Position numbers and translations under genes: made by a program
Part shown: in pieces, positions 37,592 to 48,201 of the stretch
Layout of the letters: every line of letters starts with the position of its first letter
Numbering within the stretch: position 1 is the first letter of the stretch
Source: Nannocystales bacterium
GTDB lineage: Bacteria; Myxococcota_A; Polyangia; Nannocystales; Nannocystaceae
NCBI GenBank assembly: GCA_050633305.1
Contig: JBOEGF010000053.1
Location: forward strand, 1-52,586
Reading direction: 5' to 3'
DNA: 52,586 nucleotides
The notes under the pieces: model-generated
Database searches by the model: none
The model's input: the letters and a program-made list of their open reading frames with translations, nothing else
Told to the model about the DNA's origin: nothing

Positions 37592-40500
37592 GTGAGCACC
37601 GCCGAGTCGAAGTCTCCCGCTCCCACGGACTCCCAGCCCGCTGAGCCCTACCGGCCAACGAACCATGTTCGCTTGGTCACCGCGGCCTCTTTGTTCGACG
37701 GCCACGACGCGGCGATCAACGTGATGCGCCGGATCCTGCAGAGCTCGGGTGCCGAGGTCATCCACCTGGGTCACAACCGCTCCGTCCAAGAGATCGTCGA
37801 CTGCGCGATCCAAGAGGACGCGCAAGGCATTGCGATCACCTCGTACCAAGGTGGGCACGTCGAGTACCTCAAGTACATGTTCGACCTGCTCCAGGAAGCG
37901 GGAGCGTCGATCAAGATCTTCGCCGGGGGCGGCGGCACCATCCTCCCCTCCGAGATCGACGAGCTCCATGCCCACGGTATCGAGCGCATCTACTCGCCCG
38001 ATGACGGCCGTGCGATGGGCCTGCAAGGCATGATCAACGACCTGCTGGAGCGGTGCGACTTTGCATGCTCCGAGCCCCCGCCCGCCGATGCGCTCGCGGA
38101 CCTGCGCAAGAAGGACCCCAAGGTCCTGGGGCGTCTGATCTCGATCGCCGAGAACGACCCGGACACGTTCGAGTCCCTCTCCGCCAAGCTCGGCAAGATT
38201 GTCGATGCACGGGTCAGCCCCGTACTGGGCATCACCGGGACCGGCGGCGCGGGCAAATCGTCGATGGTTGACGAACTCGTGCGTCGATTCCTCGCCGACT
38301 TCAGCGACAAACACATCGCGATCGTGTCGGTCGACCCTTCCAAGCGACGCACCGGTGGTGCGCTGTTGGGCGACCGCATCCGCATGAACAGCATCGACAA
38401 CGACCGGGTCTACATGCGCTCGCTGGCCACCCGGCAGAGCAACCTCGCTCTGTCCAAGCATGTCCGCTCGGCGCTGGAGGTCTGCAAGGCCGCAGGGTTC
38501 GATCTGATCATCGTGGAGACCTCGGGCATTGGCCAAAGCGACACCGAGATCACGGACCACTCCGACGCGTCGCTGTACGTGATGACCGCCGAGTACGGCG
38601 CCGCGACCCAGCTCGAGAAGATCGACATGCTCGACTTCGCCGATGTCATCGCGATCAACAAGTTCGACAAACGCGGGTCCCTCGATGCGCTTCGCGATGT
38701 CCGAAAGCAGTACAAGCGCAACCACCAGCTGTTTCAGTCGGATGACGAGAGCTTGCCGATCTTCGGCACCATCGCCTCACAGTTTGGCGACCCCGGCACC
38801 AGCAACCTGTACCGAAAGCTGGTCGACCTCCTCGCCCAGAAGACCTCCGCGCCCCTGGAGTCCTCGATCGAGGTCACCGACGCCATGAGCGAGAAGCGGT
38901 TCATCATTCCGCCCGAGCGAGTCCGCTACCTCGCCGAGATCGCGGAGCAGAGCGACGCCTACGCGCGTTTCGTGGATGAGCAGTGCGCGCTGGCTCGCCA
39001 GGCCTACCAGTTGCGGGGGACCCTCGAAGTGCTCCGCCAAGGAGACGAGCCCGAGTACGCAAAGGACTTGGTTGCTCGCTACGACGAGCTGTGGAGCAAG
39101 CTGCACCACGACTCCCGGGGCGTGCTCGATGGCTGGGCCGACCTCGGGGAGCGCTACACCGCGCCCAAGTATCAGTTCAAGGTCCGCGACCGGGTCATCG
39201 AGCAGGACCTGTACACCGAGTCGCTCTCCCATCTGAAAATCCCCAAAGTCGTGCTCCCGAAGTATGAGGACTGGGGCGACATCCTCCGCTGGGTCCTCAC
39301 CGAGAACGTGCCAGGGGCATTCCCGTACGCCGCAGGGGTGTTCCCACTCAAACGAGAAGGCGAAGACCCCACGCGGATGTTCGCGGGTGAAGGTGGACCC
39401 GAGCGGACCAACCGACGCTTCCACTACGTCTCGGCCGGACTCCCCGCCAAGCGACTCTCGACCGCATTCGACTCGGTCACGCTCTACGGCGAGGACCCCG
39501 ATCACCGACCGGACATCTACGGCAAAGTCGGAAACTCCGGCGTCAGTGTGGCCAACCTCGACGACGCCAAGAAGCTCTACAGCGGCTTCGATCTCACGGA
39601 CCCCCGAACGTCGGTATCGATGACGATCAACGGCCCGGCACCGATGTTGCTGGGCTTCTTCATGAACGCCGCGGTCGACCAGCTGTGCGAGAAGTGGATC
39701 CGCGAGCAAGGCACGCAGGCCGAGATCGACGCCAAGATCGACAGCATCTACGCGGCCAAGGGTCTGCCACGGCCTCGTTACCAAGGCGAGTTGCCCGAGG
39801 GGAACGACGGCCTGGGCTTGATGCTCCTGGGCGTGACCGGCGACCAGGTCCTCGAGGCGGACACCTATGCCAAAATCAAGGCGGACGCCATGAAACGCGT
39901 CCGAGGCACGGTCCAGGCCGACATTCTCAAGGAGGACCAAGCGCAGAACACGTGCATCTTCTCCACCGAGTTCGCCCTGCGAATGATGGGGGACATCCAG
40001 GCATCCTTCATCGACCGCGGGGTTCGCAACTTCTACTCCGTCTCGATTTCGGGCTACCACATCGCGGAAGCGGGGGCGAACCCGGTCAGCCAGCTCGCCT
40101 TCACCCTGGCCAACGGCTTCACCTTCGTCGAGTACTACCTCTCCCGGGGCATGAACATCGACGACTTCGCCCCGAACCTGTCGTTCTTCTTCTCCAACGG
40201 GCTCGACCCCGAGTACACGGTCATCGGCCGTGTCGCCCGGCGGATCTGGGCCAAGGCGATGAAGAACAAGTACGGCGGCAACGCCCGCTCGCAAAAGCTG
40301 AAGTACCACATCCAAACTTCGGGTCGCTCCTTGCACGCGCAGGAGATCGGGTTCAACGACATCCGCACCACCCTGCAGGCGCTCATCGCCATCCAGGACA
40401 ACTGCAACTCGCTGCACACCAACGCCTACGACGAGGCGATCACCACGCCCACCGAGGAGAGCGTACGGCGAGCGATGGCCATCCAGCTCATCATCAACAA

Positions 40501-41002
40501 AGAGCTGGGCCTGTCGAACAACGAGAACCCCTTGCAGGGCTCCTTCATCGTGGAAGAGCTCACCGACCTGGTCGAGCAGGCCGTGCTCGAGGAGTTTCGC
40601 CGCATCTCGGAACGCGGGGGCGTGCTCGGTGCGATGGAGCGGATGTACCAACGCACCAAGATCCAAGAAGAGTCGCTGTACTACGAGACGCGCAAGCACA
40701 ACGGGGACCTCCCCGTGGTTGGTGTGAACACCTTCCTCGACCCCAAGGGGTCGCCGACGATCATCCCCGACGAGGTGATCCGCTCGACGACCGAGGAGAA
40801 GGAGTACGCGATCAGCAGCCGCGACGCGTTCAAGCAGCGCAACGAAGGGCCAGCCGGAGCCGCGTTGGCCGAGCTTCAGCGCGTCGCCGTCGAACATGGC
40901 AACACCTTCGAAAGCCTGATGGAGGCCTGCAAGGTTTGCACACTGGGGCAGCTCTCCGACGCGCTGTACAAAGTCGGCGGCCAGTACCGCCGCAACATGT
41001 AG
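37592..41002 (+). CDS. icmF: Fused isobutyryl-CoA mutase / MeaB-type GTPase (IcmF)
   Basis: B12-binding DGHDAA, P-loop [43 protein letters not shown] before GTG 37592. Confidence 0.95.
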   Translation: MSTAESKSPAPTDSQPAEPYRPTNHVRLVTAASLFDGHDAAINVMRRILQSSGAEVIHLGHNRSVQEIVDCAIQEDAQGIAITSYQGGHVEYLKYMFDLLQEAGASIKIFAGGGGTILPSEIDELHAHGIERIYSPDDGRAMGLQGMINDLLERCDFACSEPPPADALADLRKKDPKVLGRLISIAENDPDTFESLSAKLGKIVDARVSPVLGITGTGGAGKSSMVDELVRRFLADFSDKHIAIVSVDPSKRRTGGALLGDRIRMNSIDNDRVYMRSLATRQSNLALSKHVRSALEVCKAAGFDLIIVETSGIGQSDTEITDHSDASLYVMTAEYGAATQLEKIDMLDFADVIAINKFDKRGSLDALRDVRKQYKRNHQLFQSDDESLPIFGTIASQFGDPGTSNLYRKLVDLLAQKTSAPLESSIEVTDAMSEKRFIIPPERVRYLAEIAEQSDAYARFVDEQCALARQAYQLRGTLEVLRQGDEPEYAKDLVARYDELWSKLHHDSRGVLDGWADLGERYTAPKYQFKVRDRVIEQDLYTESLSHLKIPKVVLPKYEDWGDILRWVLTENVPGAFPYAAGVFPLKREGEDPTRMFAGEGGPERTNRRFHYVSAGLPAKRLSTAFDSVTLYGEDPDHRPDIYGKVGNSGVSVANLDDAKKLYSGFDLTDPRTSVSMTINGPAPMLLGFFMNAAVDQLCEKWIREQGTQAEIDAKIDSIYAAKGLPRPRYQGELPEGNDGLGLMLLGVTGDQVLEADTYAKIKADAMKRVRGTVQADILKEDQAQNTCIFSTEFALRMMGDIQASFIDRGVRNFYSVSISGYHIAEAGANPVSQLAFTLANGFTFVEYYLSRGMNIDDFAPNLSFFFSNGLDPEYTVIGRVARRIWAKAMKNKYGGNARSQKLKYHIQTSGRSLHAQEIGFNDIRTTLQALIAIQDNCNSLHTNAYDEAITTPTEESVRRAMAIQLIINKELGLSNNENPLQGSFIVEELTDLVEQAVLEEFRRISERGGVLGAMERMYQRTKIQEESLYYETRKHNGDLPVVGVNTFLDPKGSPTIIPDEVIRSTTEEKEYAISSRDAFKQRNEGPAGAALAELQRVAVEHGNTFESLMEACKVCTLGQLSDALYKVGGQYRRNM

Positions 41003-41022
41003 TCACCGCGAGGCGGCTTGGG

Positions 41023-41775
41023 TCAGGAGCCAGGGTCGCCGCACAGCGATGCGGTGAAGCGGCCGGAGACGAAGTCCGAGTCGCCCGGCCCGAGGTTCAC
41101 CGCCGCCGACACATACCCGGTGATCTCAGTCTCCGTCACCGAGGAGATGATGAGTTCGCCACCGTCGGCGCCCGTCCCGATGTAGTTGCAGTCGACCTTG
41201 CCGCCTCCACCACCCTGCAGGTCCACCCAGCTCACGAGTTCGGCCACGTCGTAGGTGCCCGCTTCGAGCTGTTCAGGCGCCAACGTGAGGGTGATGCCTT
41301 CATACGCATCATCACACCCTGGTGTCGCGTTCGGATCTTCGCAAGACGCCCCTCCGTCGCTGAGGAACTTGAGACGGACTCCAGACTCCTCGGAGCACGT
41401 GGCCAGAGCGACAGGAAACGTCCCGACCCCACCCGGAAGCTCGGCGTCGCTCGAACTGACACGCCACCCGCACGCGACCTCGAGGCCGCCAGTCGAGCTC
41501 TCATCCATGGTCGTGGACCCTTCGTCGACCGTCGTGGACCCTTCGTCGACCGTCGTGGACCCTTCGTCGACCGTCGTGGACCCTTCGTCGACCGTCGTGG
41601 ACCCTTCGGTATCGGCCGTCGACCCCGCCCCCTCGGTGTCGACACTGGTCGTGCCCACGCTTTCTGTAGCCGACTCAGTAACGGTCGCGGTCACTTCTTC
41701 GCTGCCCGCATCGCAGCCGGGAAGACCAAGGCAGAGGATCACAGTGGAATAGGCAGACAAGCGAAGCATGTTCAT
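41023..41775 (-). CDS. Lipoprotein with EGSTTVD repeat stalk
   Basis: Lipobox LPGC, tandem repeats, Cys-containing C-terminal beta domain. Confidence 0.8.
   Translation of the reverse strand: MNMLRLSAYSTVILCLGLPGCDAGSEEVTATVTESATESVGTTSVDTEGAGSTADTEGSTTVDEGSTTVDEGSTTVDEGSTTVDEGSTTMDESSTGGLEVACGWRVSSSDAELPGGVGTFPVALATCSEESGVRLKFLSDGGASCEDPNATPGCDDAYEGITLTLAPEQLEAGTYDVAELVSWVDLQGGGGGKVDCNYIGTGADGGELIISSVTETEITGYVSAAVNLGPGDSDFVSGRFTASLCGDPGS
41510..41608. repeat. Perfect 21-bp tandem repeat, about 4.7 copies
   Basis: GTCGTGGACCCTTCGTCGACC at 41510, 41531, 41552, 41573, plus a partial copy at 41594. Confidence 0.97.
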
Positions 41776-41836
41776 GACCTTTGAGTTCTCCGGCTCAACC
41801 GCCCTCTGTCATGCGCGGAGAAAAAACGTCCACGAC

Positions 41837-43141
41837 TCATCGGGTTGCTCCTGGCGAGCGCGAAAGGCCGCAGGCCGAATCGAGCCAGGCTGCGAGGGAC
41901 CTGGAGGGTTTTGCGGCACGAGACAAACGCGCCTCCGCTCGTCCCTGGTGCATCTTGCCGGCCGAGCACAGCGCAACGGCTCGGTACGCGCGACGCTCCC
42001 CTGCCAGCTGCCCGGAGGGAAACCGTTTCGCGTGCTCGGCGAGGATGGACAGCGCAGTCGAAGCGTCATCGCGCCGCAGAGCGGTCGTGGCCTGCTCGAT
42101 CAGTGCGACCTCTGCACGGAGTCCGACCGAAGCGGAGTCAGTGGCCGTACTGGGCTCCGGATCGGGCCTGGGCCTTGGCGGCGCGTGTCGTGCCTGCCCA
42201 CGGAGAGTTGTGGTGTGACGCCGCGCTGGGCTCCCGAGCGCCGGTGCTCGGACCTCACTGGGTTGAGCTTGCACTGGACTCGAGACCGCCGCCGTACGTG
42301 GTGCGTCATCGCTGGTCACCACGAGAGCAGTCGGCGCTCCTCGTTGGGACACGGACGATGGTGGCCGGAGTCGGTCCATCCCCACGACCGACACCACGCC
42401 GACCGACGCAGCCAGAGCGATGGCCTTCCACGGCAGCCCGGCAATCGCTGGGCTGAAGGGATTCAGCCCCGGCGCCGCAAGCATCGCCGCCACGCGCACC
42501 TTCGCGTCGGGCCCAGGGCGTGTCTGCTTCCGAGTCGCCCGCACCAGGCGGCCGAGGTCAGCCTCGACGCCTCGCTCCACGAGGACTCGCTTGAGCGCGC
42601 GTCGCCCCGCCTTGATGCGGGAGTACGCGGTATCGACCTTGAGGCCCAAGGCTGCCGCAACCTGCGGACCGCTCATGTCCTCGAACACGTGCAGCGTCAG
42701 CGCGACACGCTTTTCATCGTCGAGTTCGTCCAACGCCTCGAGCAGCAGGGCGCTGAGTTCACGCTCGGCCACCGCGTCGTCCAAAGGCGTCGCGTACCGA
42801 CGCTCGGCCCGTAGAGCGGAGATCTTCCTTCGGCGGCGGTCCTGGGAGCGCCGCACCCGGAACGCGACCCGGCGGGCGATGCCAAACAGCCATGCCCGGG
42901 GGCTGCCCCGCCCCTCGAAGTCACCGAGCCGTCGGTGCACCACCAAAAACGTCTCCTGCGCCGCGTCTTCGACAGCATGACGCGAAACCCCGAGTCGCAG
43001 GAGCGTGGACCACACAAAGCGAAAGTGGGCCTCGTAGATCGTCTCAAATGCCTGTGGGGCGGCGAACCGTGTCGGCGCGGTCGATGGAGAGATGTGCAAT
43101 GTGCTCACCGGCTCTTCTCTAAGTCTCCGGGAGTCGTCCAT
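41837..43141 (-). CDS. ECF sigma factor fused to TM helix and C-terminal TPR-like module
   Basis: VEDAAQETFLVVHRRLGDF, AWLFGIARR, region 4 (LDDEKR..TAYSRIKAGR), TM AIALAASVGVVSVVG, then LRAEVALI..HAKRFPSGQLAGER. Start 43141 or 43108. Confidence 0.85.
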   Translation of the reverse strand: MDDSRRLREEPVSTLHISPSTAPTRFAAPQAFETIYEAHFRFVWSTLLRLGVSRHAVEDAAQETFLVVHRRLGDFEGRGSPRAWLFGIARRVAFRVRRSQDRRRRKISALRAERRYATPLDDAVAERELSALLLEALDELDDEKRVALTLHVFEDMSGPQVAAALGLKVDTAYSRIKAGRRALKRVLVERGVEADLGRLVRATRKQTRPGPDAKVRVAAMLAAPGLNPFSPAIAGLPWKAIALAASVGVVSVVGMDRLRPPSSVSQRGAPTALVVTSDDAPRTAAVSSPVQAQPSEVRAPALGSPARRHTTTLRGQARHAPPRPRPDPEPSTATDSASVGLRAEVALIEQATTALRRDDASTALSILAEHAKRFPSGQLAGERRAYRAVALCSAGKMHQGRAEARLSRAAKPSRSLAAWLDSACGLSRSPGATR

Positions 43142-43163
43142 CCTGTCACGCGAACCTGCGGAA

Positions 43164-44219
43164 CTACACGCGGGAGCCCCGCCCCCCTCGTCGCCCCAGA
43201 TGAAGCTCCACACCCAAGAACACACGACCCGCGGCCGCACCGGTCTGGAACAGCGTTGGGAACCCTCGAACGTGGAACCGCGGACGTCGAAGTGAGACCG
43301 CCACCTCGGCACCTCCGACCACGGCCACCCGGTCGCTCAACCGGATCCCCAAGCCCACATCGGCGACAGCCTGTGCCCAGAGACCCCGGCCAACCCCGTC
43401 CTGCTGGAGGCCGAATGAGGACGCGCGGGTCCGCCCGAGCTGTGCTCCGAGACACCCTGGAACGAAAAGGCGGTGACCGTCCCAGACCCCGCAGCCCGAC
43501 CCGCCGACCGTCCACCCGTCGACGCGGATTCCCACCCCTGGGTTCTCCGAGTCCTTCAGCTCCCGGGGCGCAACGTAGGTGCCCCGGACCTCGGCACGAA
43601 CCCACGGAATCGTGATCCCTGTCGCGACGCCCGCTCCCCCGGCAGCCGTCCCTGGCAGCAATCCGCCGAACTGCGCCAAACCGACCGCCCGTACGTGGAG
43701 CGCGAGCTCGGTCGCTCCGTCAGAAGACGATACCGGCCCTGGCCTCTTCAGGTCCTCGTGGACGGGTCGAGGGGGCACCGCCACTGGCGTGGGAGCGGGC
43801 GGCGGAGCCTCGACGTGCGAGGGCCCATTGTAGGCCCGCGGCTCAGCTGCGGGTTGCAGCTCGGTCACGCGAGCACCGGTCTCGGGTTCCGGGCCCGTCC
43901 CGAGCTGGATCAGCAGCGCCACCGCGTCGGCCAGAGCCTCGCAGGACTCCCCCTCGAGCTCGCGAACATCTTCGCCCCCGTATCCTTCAATGCGCAGCCG
44001 TAGGAACCACCCGCCATCGCTCTGAGCGACTTCCGCCTGCGCGAGGACCGGATGCGGCGCAGGGCCGACTTCGACTCGCGCCAGGACCTCGGCGCTCGTA
44101 GGACACGTCGCGGGAGCGGACCACTCCAGAACAACAACATCGTCGGCTCCGGTCGGCGCAGCGAGCAGAGCCACAAGCCGCCACGTCGCGACTGCCAGGC
44201 CTGTTGACGTCCACCCCAT
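43164..44219 (-). CDS. Secreted protein with WxAPxxCP N-domain and probable C-terminal beta-barrel
   Basis: Signal peptide, LEWSAPATCPT, RELEGESCEALADAVAL, Pro linker, amphipathic strands ending LGVELHL. Confidence 0.72.
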   Translation of the reverse strand: MGWTSTGLAVATWRLVALLAAPTGADDVVVLEWSAPATCPTSAEVLARVEVGPAPHPVLAQAEVAQSDGGWFLRLRIEGYGGEDVRELEGESCEALADAVALLIQLGTGPEPETGARVTELQPAAEPRAYNGPSHVEAPPPAPTPVAVPPRPVHEDLKRPGPVSSSDGATELALHVRAVGLAQFGGLLPGTAAGGAGVATGITIPWVRAEVRGTYVAPRELKDSENPGVGIRVDGWTVGGSGCGVWDGHRLFVPGCLGAQLGRTRASSFGLQQDGVGRGLWAQAVADVGLGIRLSDRVAVVGGAEVAVSLRRPRFHVRGFPTLFQTGAAAGRVFLGVELHLGRRGGRGSRV

Positions 44220-44330
44220 TCAACCTCGTCCCCGCAACGGATGAAGTCTAGCAGGCGGCTCCTCGCGACCGACCCGCGCGACACAGGGGCAGGCGCGCCC
44301 GATCCCGTGGGTACGCTGTACTCTCCGCTC

Positions 44331-46853
44331 GTGCGCGGACTCCGACACGTACTCGCCTGGCTCCCCGTTCTCGTGGGTCTGCTCGGGTTTTCCGTCGTGG
44401 GATGCGAACCGTCGGCCGAACAGGCCCCCTCCGCAGAGGTGCTCGTACAGACGGACCTTCAACCCGCGGACCCGCCGACGTGGTCCGGTGAAGGCTGCAC
44501 CCGAGCAGGATGTCACGCGGGCATCGAGCCAATTCGCGCCTACGACAGCGGCATGATGAAAGCCGTCATGGCCCTCGGCGTCGAGGTGGGAGAGGCCGAC
44601 GGTTGCACGATCTGTCACGGCGGCACGCCCAACGGCGTGACAGCGCCCCAGGCCCACAGCGGAGCGACGTCGGCCCTGGTCGATGACGGCGGCCCGGACG
44701 AGTTCTACGCCGATCCTGCCTCGCCGTGGATCAACGCCAAGACGTGCGGGCGCTGCCACGAAGAGCTCGTCGCGGCGCAGCACAACAGCCTCATGATGAC
44801 CGAGGCTGGCAAGATTCAAGGCACCACGTGGTCCTTTGGAACCCCTGCCGACGACGGCTACGACCACGTTTGGGGCAACTACGCGACGAAGAACCCCGAG
44901 GACCCGCACGCCCGTCTCGGTACGGATGCCTACCGTGCCTACATGGAAGAGAAGTCGGCCGCACACCCGGGCATCTTCGTCTCCGAGCACCAACCGGTTC
45001 CTGCTGCCCCGCAGGGACACGCGTTGGATGACCCACGCAACGCAGCCTTCACATACATCCGAGCCGAGTGCCAGCGCTGCCACTTGGGCGTGAAGGGTCG
45101 GGCCCGCCGGGGTGACTACCGCGGCATGGGGTGCGGGGCCTGCCACATGCCCTACGGAAACGAGGGCCGCTACGAAGGCTCGGACACCAGCCTCGGGCCC
45201 AACAAAACGGGACGTCCGCTGGTTCACCGTCTTCAAGGCACCCGCGATGCTCCGGTCACCGTGCACGGAGTCACCTACGCTGGCATTCCGGTCGAGACCT
45301 GTACGACCTGCCACAACCGGGGCAAACGCATCGGCGTCTCGTACCAAGGATTGATGGAGTCGGCATGGGACTCGCCGTACACCGAGGGCGGCGGCGGACA
45401 GCCAGGACTTCACAGCAAGCACTACCTCGCGATGGAGCAGGACGTGCACTACAAGGCCGGGATGCTGTGCCAGGATTGCCACAGCTCCGGCGACGTACAC
45501 GGCGACCGTTTTCTATCCGGCACCAACCTCGGCATGGTCGAGATCGAGTGCTCGGACTGCCACGGCACACCGCAAGCGTACCCGTGGGAGCTTCCGCTTG
45601 GATGGGGCGACGAGAACGAAGCAGGTGAAGCACAGGGACCCGGTCGAGGTGTGCTGGACGCGGTTCCCGAGCACCTCGAAGCGGGCAGCATCAACCCGGT
45701 CCGCGATGGGTACCTCGTGACCGCGCGCGGCAACCCGATGCCCGACGTGGTCCGCGATGGCAACGCGGTCATCGTGCACACCGCCGCCGGTCGGGACCTT
45801 CGCATGGATCCGCTCAAGCAGTCCCTGCAGACGGGACAGATGAGCCCCGAAGCTGTCGTCGCGATGGTCAACACACCGAAACACGTCGGCACCATGGAGT
45901 GCTACAGCTGCCACGCCTCGTGGGCGCCCCAGTGCTACGGCTGCCACGTGAAGGTGGACTACAGCGAGGGCAAGCGCTCGTTCGACTGGGTGGCCGCGGG
46001 CAGCAAACACCTCGAACCCGAGCACGCCGCGGACCCCGACGAGTCCAGCTATGAGACTTGGCTGGCGGGCGAGATCACCGAGAAACGCTCCTACCTCCGC
46101 TGGGAGGACCCGGCTCTGGGTGTCAACGGTGAGGGTCGTGTCTCCCCGATCGTTCCCGGCTGCCAAGTCTCCGTGACCCTCATCGATGCGAACGGCGAGG
46201 AACAGATCAGCAACGAGATTTTCCGGACGCCCCCCGGCACCGAAGGAGCCGGTCCCGAAGGTCAGCTTGGCAGCGACATGTCCCCCCTGCAGCCGCACAC
46301 CATCGGCAAGGCACGCAGCTGCGAGTCCTGCCACGGCTCCGCCAAGGCAATGGGCTTCGGGTTCGGCGGGACCCGGCTGACCCCAGATGGACTCACCGTC
46401 GATCTACAGACCGCCGACGGCACGGTCCTGCCGCAGGGGGCCCAGGTTCAGCGCCCCGAAGTGAAGGGACTCGAGGGAGCTTGGTCCGCGGTGCTCGACG
46501 CGACCGGCCGACAGATTCAAACGGTCGGCAGTCACTTCCGCGGCTCTGGGCCGCTCACCGCCGAGCAGCGCGAGCACATGGACCGGCGCAACCTGTGCGT
46601 CGAGTGCCACCAGGAGATTCCGACGGCGAGCCTGCCGATCAGCGTGCTCCACCACGTGGCATCCGTCGGTGACGCGCTTCCGGTCAGCCGAGAGGAGCAC
46701 GGCAGCTTGATCCGCACGTCTCTGCTGACCTCCGCGTGGGTGGAGGTCTTGGTCCCGGTGTTCGCTGGCTTCAGCCTGTTGGCTTGGGTCCTGTGGCGTC
46801 GCCGCCAACGCGACGACTCGCGACCCGTGCCGCCCGCCGACGACGCCGCGTGA
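44331..46853 (+). CDS. Multihaem c-type cytochrome lipoprotein (11 CxxCH + 1 CX4CH) with C-terminal TM
   Basis: Lipobox VVGC; CTICH, CGRCH, CQRCH, CGACH, CTTCH, CQDCH, CSDCH, CYSCH, CYGCH, CESCH, CVECH and CTRAGCH; tail LLAWVLWRRR. Confidence 0.92.
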   Translation: MRGLRHVLAWLPVLVGLLGFSVVGCEPSAEQAPSAEVLVQTDLQPADPPTWSGEGCTRAGCHAGIEPIRAYDSGMMKAVMALGVEVGEADGCTICHGGTPNGVTAPQAHSGATSALVDDGGPDEFYADPASPWINAKTCGRCHEELVAAQHNSLMMTEAGKIQGTTWSFGTPADDGYDHVWGNYATKNPEDPHARLGTDAYRAYMEEKSAAHPGIFVSEHQPVPAAPQGHALDDPRNAAFTYIRAECQRCHLGVKGRARRGDYRGMGCGACHMPYGNEGRYEGSDTSLGPNKTGRPLVHRLQGTRDAPVTVHGVTYAGIPVETCTTCHNRGKRIGVSYQGLMESAWDSPYTEGGGGQPGLHSKHYLAMEQDVHYKAGMLCQDCHSSGDVHGDRFLSGTNLGMVEIECSDCHGTPQAYPWELPLGWGDENEAGEAQGPGRGVLDAVPEHLEAGSINPVRDGYLVTARGNPMPDVVRDGNAVIVHTAAGRDLRMDPLKQSLQTGQMSPEAVVAMVNTPKHVGTMECYSCHASWAPQCYGCHVKVDYSEGKRSFDWVAAGSKHLEPEHAADPDESSYETWLAGEITEKRSYLRWEDPALGVNGEGRVSPIVPGCQVSVTLIDANGEEQISNEIFRTPPGTEGAGPEGQLGSDMSPLQPHTIGKARSCESCHGSAKAMGFGFGGTRLTPDGLTVDLQTADGTVLPQGAQVQRPEVKGLEGAWSAVLDATGRQIQTVGSHFRGSGPLTAEQREHMDRRNLCVECHQEIPTASLPISVLHHVASVGDALPVSREEHGSLIRTSLLTSAWVEVLVPVFAGFSLLAWVLWRRRQRDDSRPVPPADDAA

Positions 46854-46942
46854 ACCCAACGCCGGAGGCCGTAGAGCCCCTCCTGCTCTCGGTCGCCCGG
46901 GAACACTCGCGCTCCTGCTCCCGGTCGGGTATGGCGTGTCCC

Positions 46943-48109
46943 ATGACCGCGCCGACACCTCCCTCGAGCGATGCATTCTCCGCCCTCGCCGATGCGCTGC
47001 TCGAGTTGTTCGACGATGGAGTGCCTGCGGTCCTCCGCAACGCCCAGATGCCCTTTGGCACTCAAGAGGTCTTCGAGTGGGTGCGAACGGTCCATCCTCC
47101 GAGCAGCTGCTCGCCCGCGGCGAGCAAGATCGACGCCGTGAAACGCAGCTGGGGGCTCTCTCCTGCGCCGTCCGGTGAACCGACCTCCCCCGCGCCCGAG
47201 CGACCGATCGAGCTGTATCGCGGGGGCGGGGTGCTCCTGGACCCCTCCCCCTTCGTTCCGACCGATGCACACCCAAGCTTCGAGGCCTGGGTCGAAGCCA
47301 TGCGGCCCGAGCTCGGCGACGACTTCGGCGTCATGGCGCCGCATCTCGAATGCGCCTCATGGGATGCGCTCGACCGCTTGCAAGCCTTGCTCGCGCCAAC
47401 GTTGGCTCGGACCGGTCCTCGCAGCTACCGATACAACGCGTTCTTCGGCGACTACCGCCGGACGCCGTTCGGGTTTCACCTCGATCCTCATCAGGAGTGC
47501 GTGTTTCAGTTCGTCCTCGAAGGCGAACGTCGCGGGTCATTCTGGGAAGGGCTCACGCTCAACGCCGAGGACGCCGCCTGGATCGAAGACCCCAACGGCC
47601 GGATCGCCCCCACCCGCCGCGCCGAGCTGACCGTCGACGCCCAACCCGGCGACATCGTCTTCTGGCCGGGGACGCATGTGCATGGGTTTGAAGCGACCGG
47701 ACCATCCATGGGATTGAGCCTCGTCATCGACCGGACCGCCCCTCGTCCCCGCGCAGACGTCGTCGCGGGCCTCGAAGTGGCCACCCTCGGCGGTCGCACC
47801 GGACTGCCCATGGTGGACGACAGCCTCGAAGTCTCGCCCACCGAAACACTCACCCGGAGGCCCCACGCCCGTCTCGCGTTCGAGTGCCACGACGACGACC
47901 TCATCGTCGGAGTCTGCGGTCGCACGTTTGACTGGCCGGACCGTGGAAGCCAGCCGGCCGCGACCCGGCTTCTCGCCGCCTTGCAGACCTGTGAAACGAC
48001 CTCCGCGGATGCCTTGTCGCGGGAGTTCAGCGACAAACACCTCGCGCGTGAAGACATCGCGGGCGTGCTCTCGATGCTGACCGGGCTGGGGTACTTCTCC
48101 CGGGCCTGA
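46943..48109 (+). CDS. JmjC/cupin Fe(II)/2-oxoglutarate oxygenase-like protein
   Basis: TPFGFHLD..FQFVLEGERR..W..PGDIVFWPGTHVH gives an HxD...H triad. Start 46931 or 46943. Confidence 0.8.
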   Translation: MTAPTPPSSDAFSALADALLELFDDGVPAVLRNAQMPFGTQEVFEWVRTVHPPSSCSPAASKIDAVKRSWGLSPAPSGEPTSPAPERPIELYRGGGVLLDPSPFVPTDAHPSFEAWVEAMRPELGDDFGVMAPHLECASWDALDRLQALLAPTLARTGPRSYRYNAFFGDYRRTPFGFHLDPHQECVFQFVLEGERRGSFWEGLTLNAEDAAWIEDPNGRIAPTRRAELTVDAQPGDIVFWPGTHVHGFEATGPSMGLSLVIDRTAPRPRADVVAGLEVATLGGRTGLPMVDDSLEVSPTETLTRRPHARLAFECHDDDLIVGVCGRTFDWPDRGSQPAATRLLAALQTCETTSADALSREFSDKHLAREDIAGVLSMLTGLGYFSRA

Positions 48110-48201
48110 GCCGAGCGACTGCTGCAGGGTCGGTGCACCTGCCCCCTCGCGCAGCGACCGTGGAGCTGAGCGCGACGCCGGTGTACCGTCGCTCAGGCCC
48201 A

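Noticed and set aside
41510..41608. Possible CRISPR array
   Set aside because: Units are contiguous with no spacers, in frame within a CDS, and there are no cas genes.
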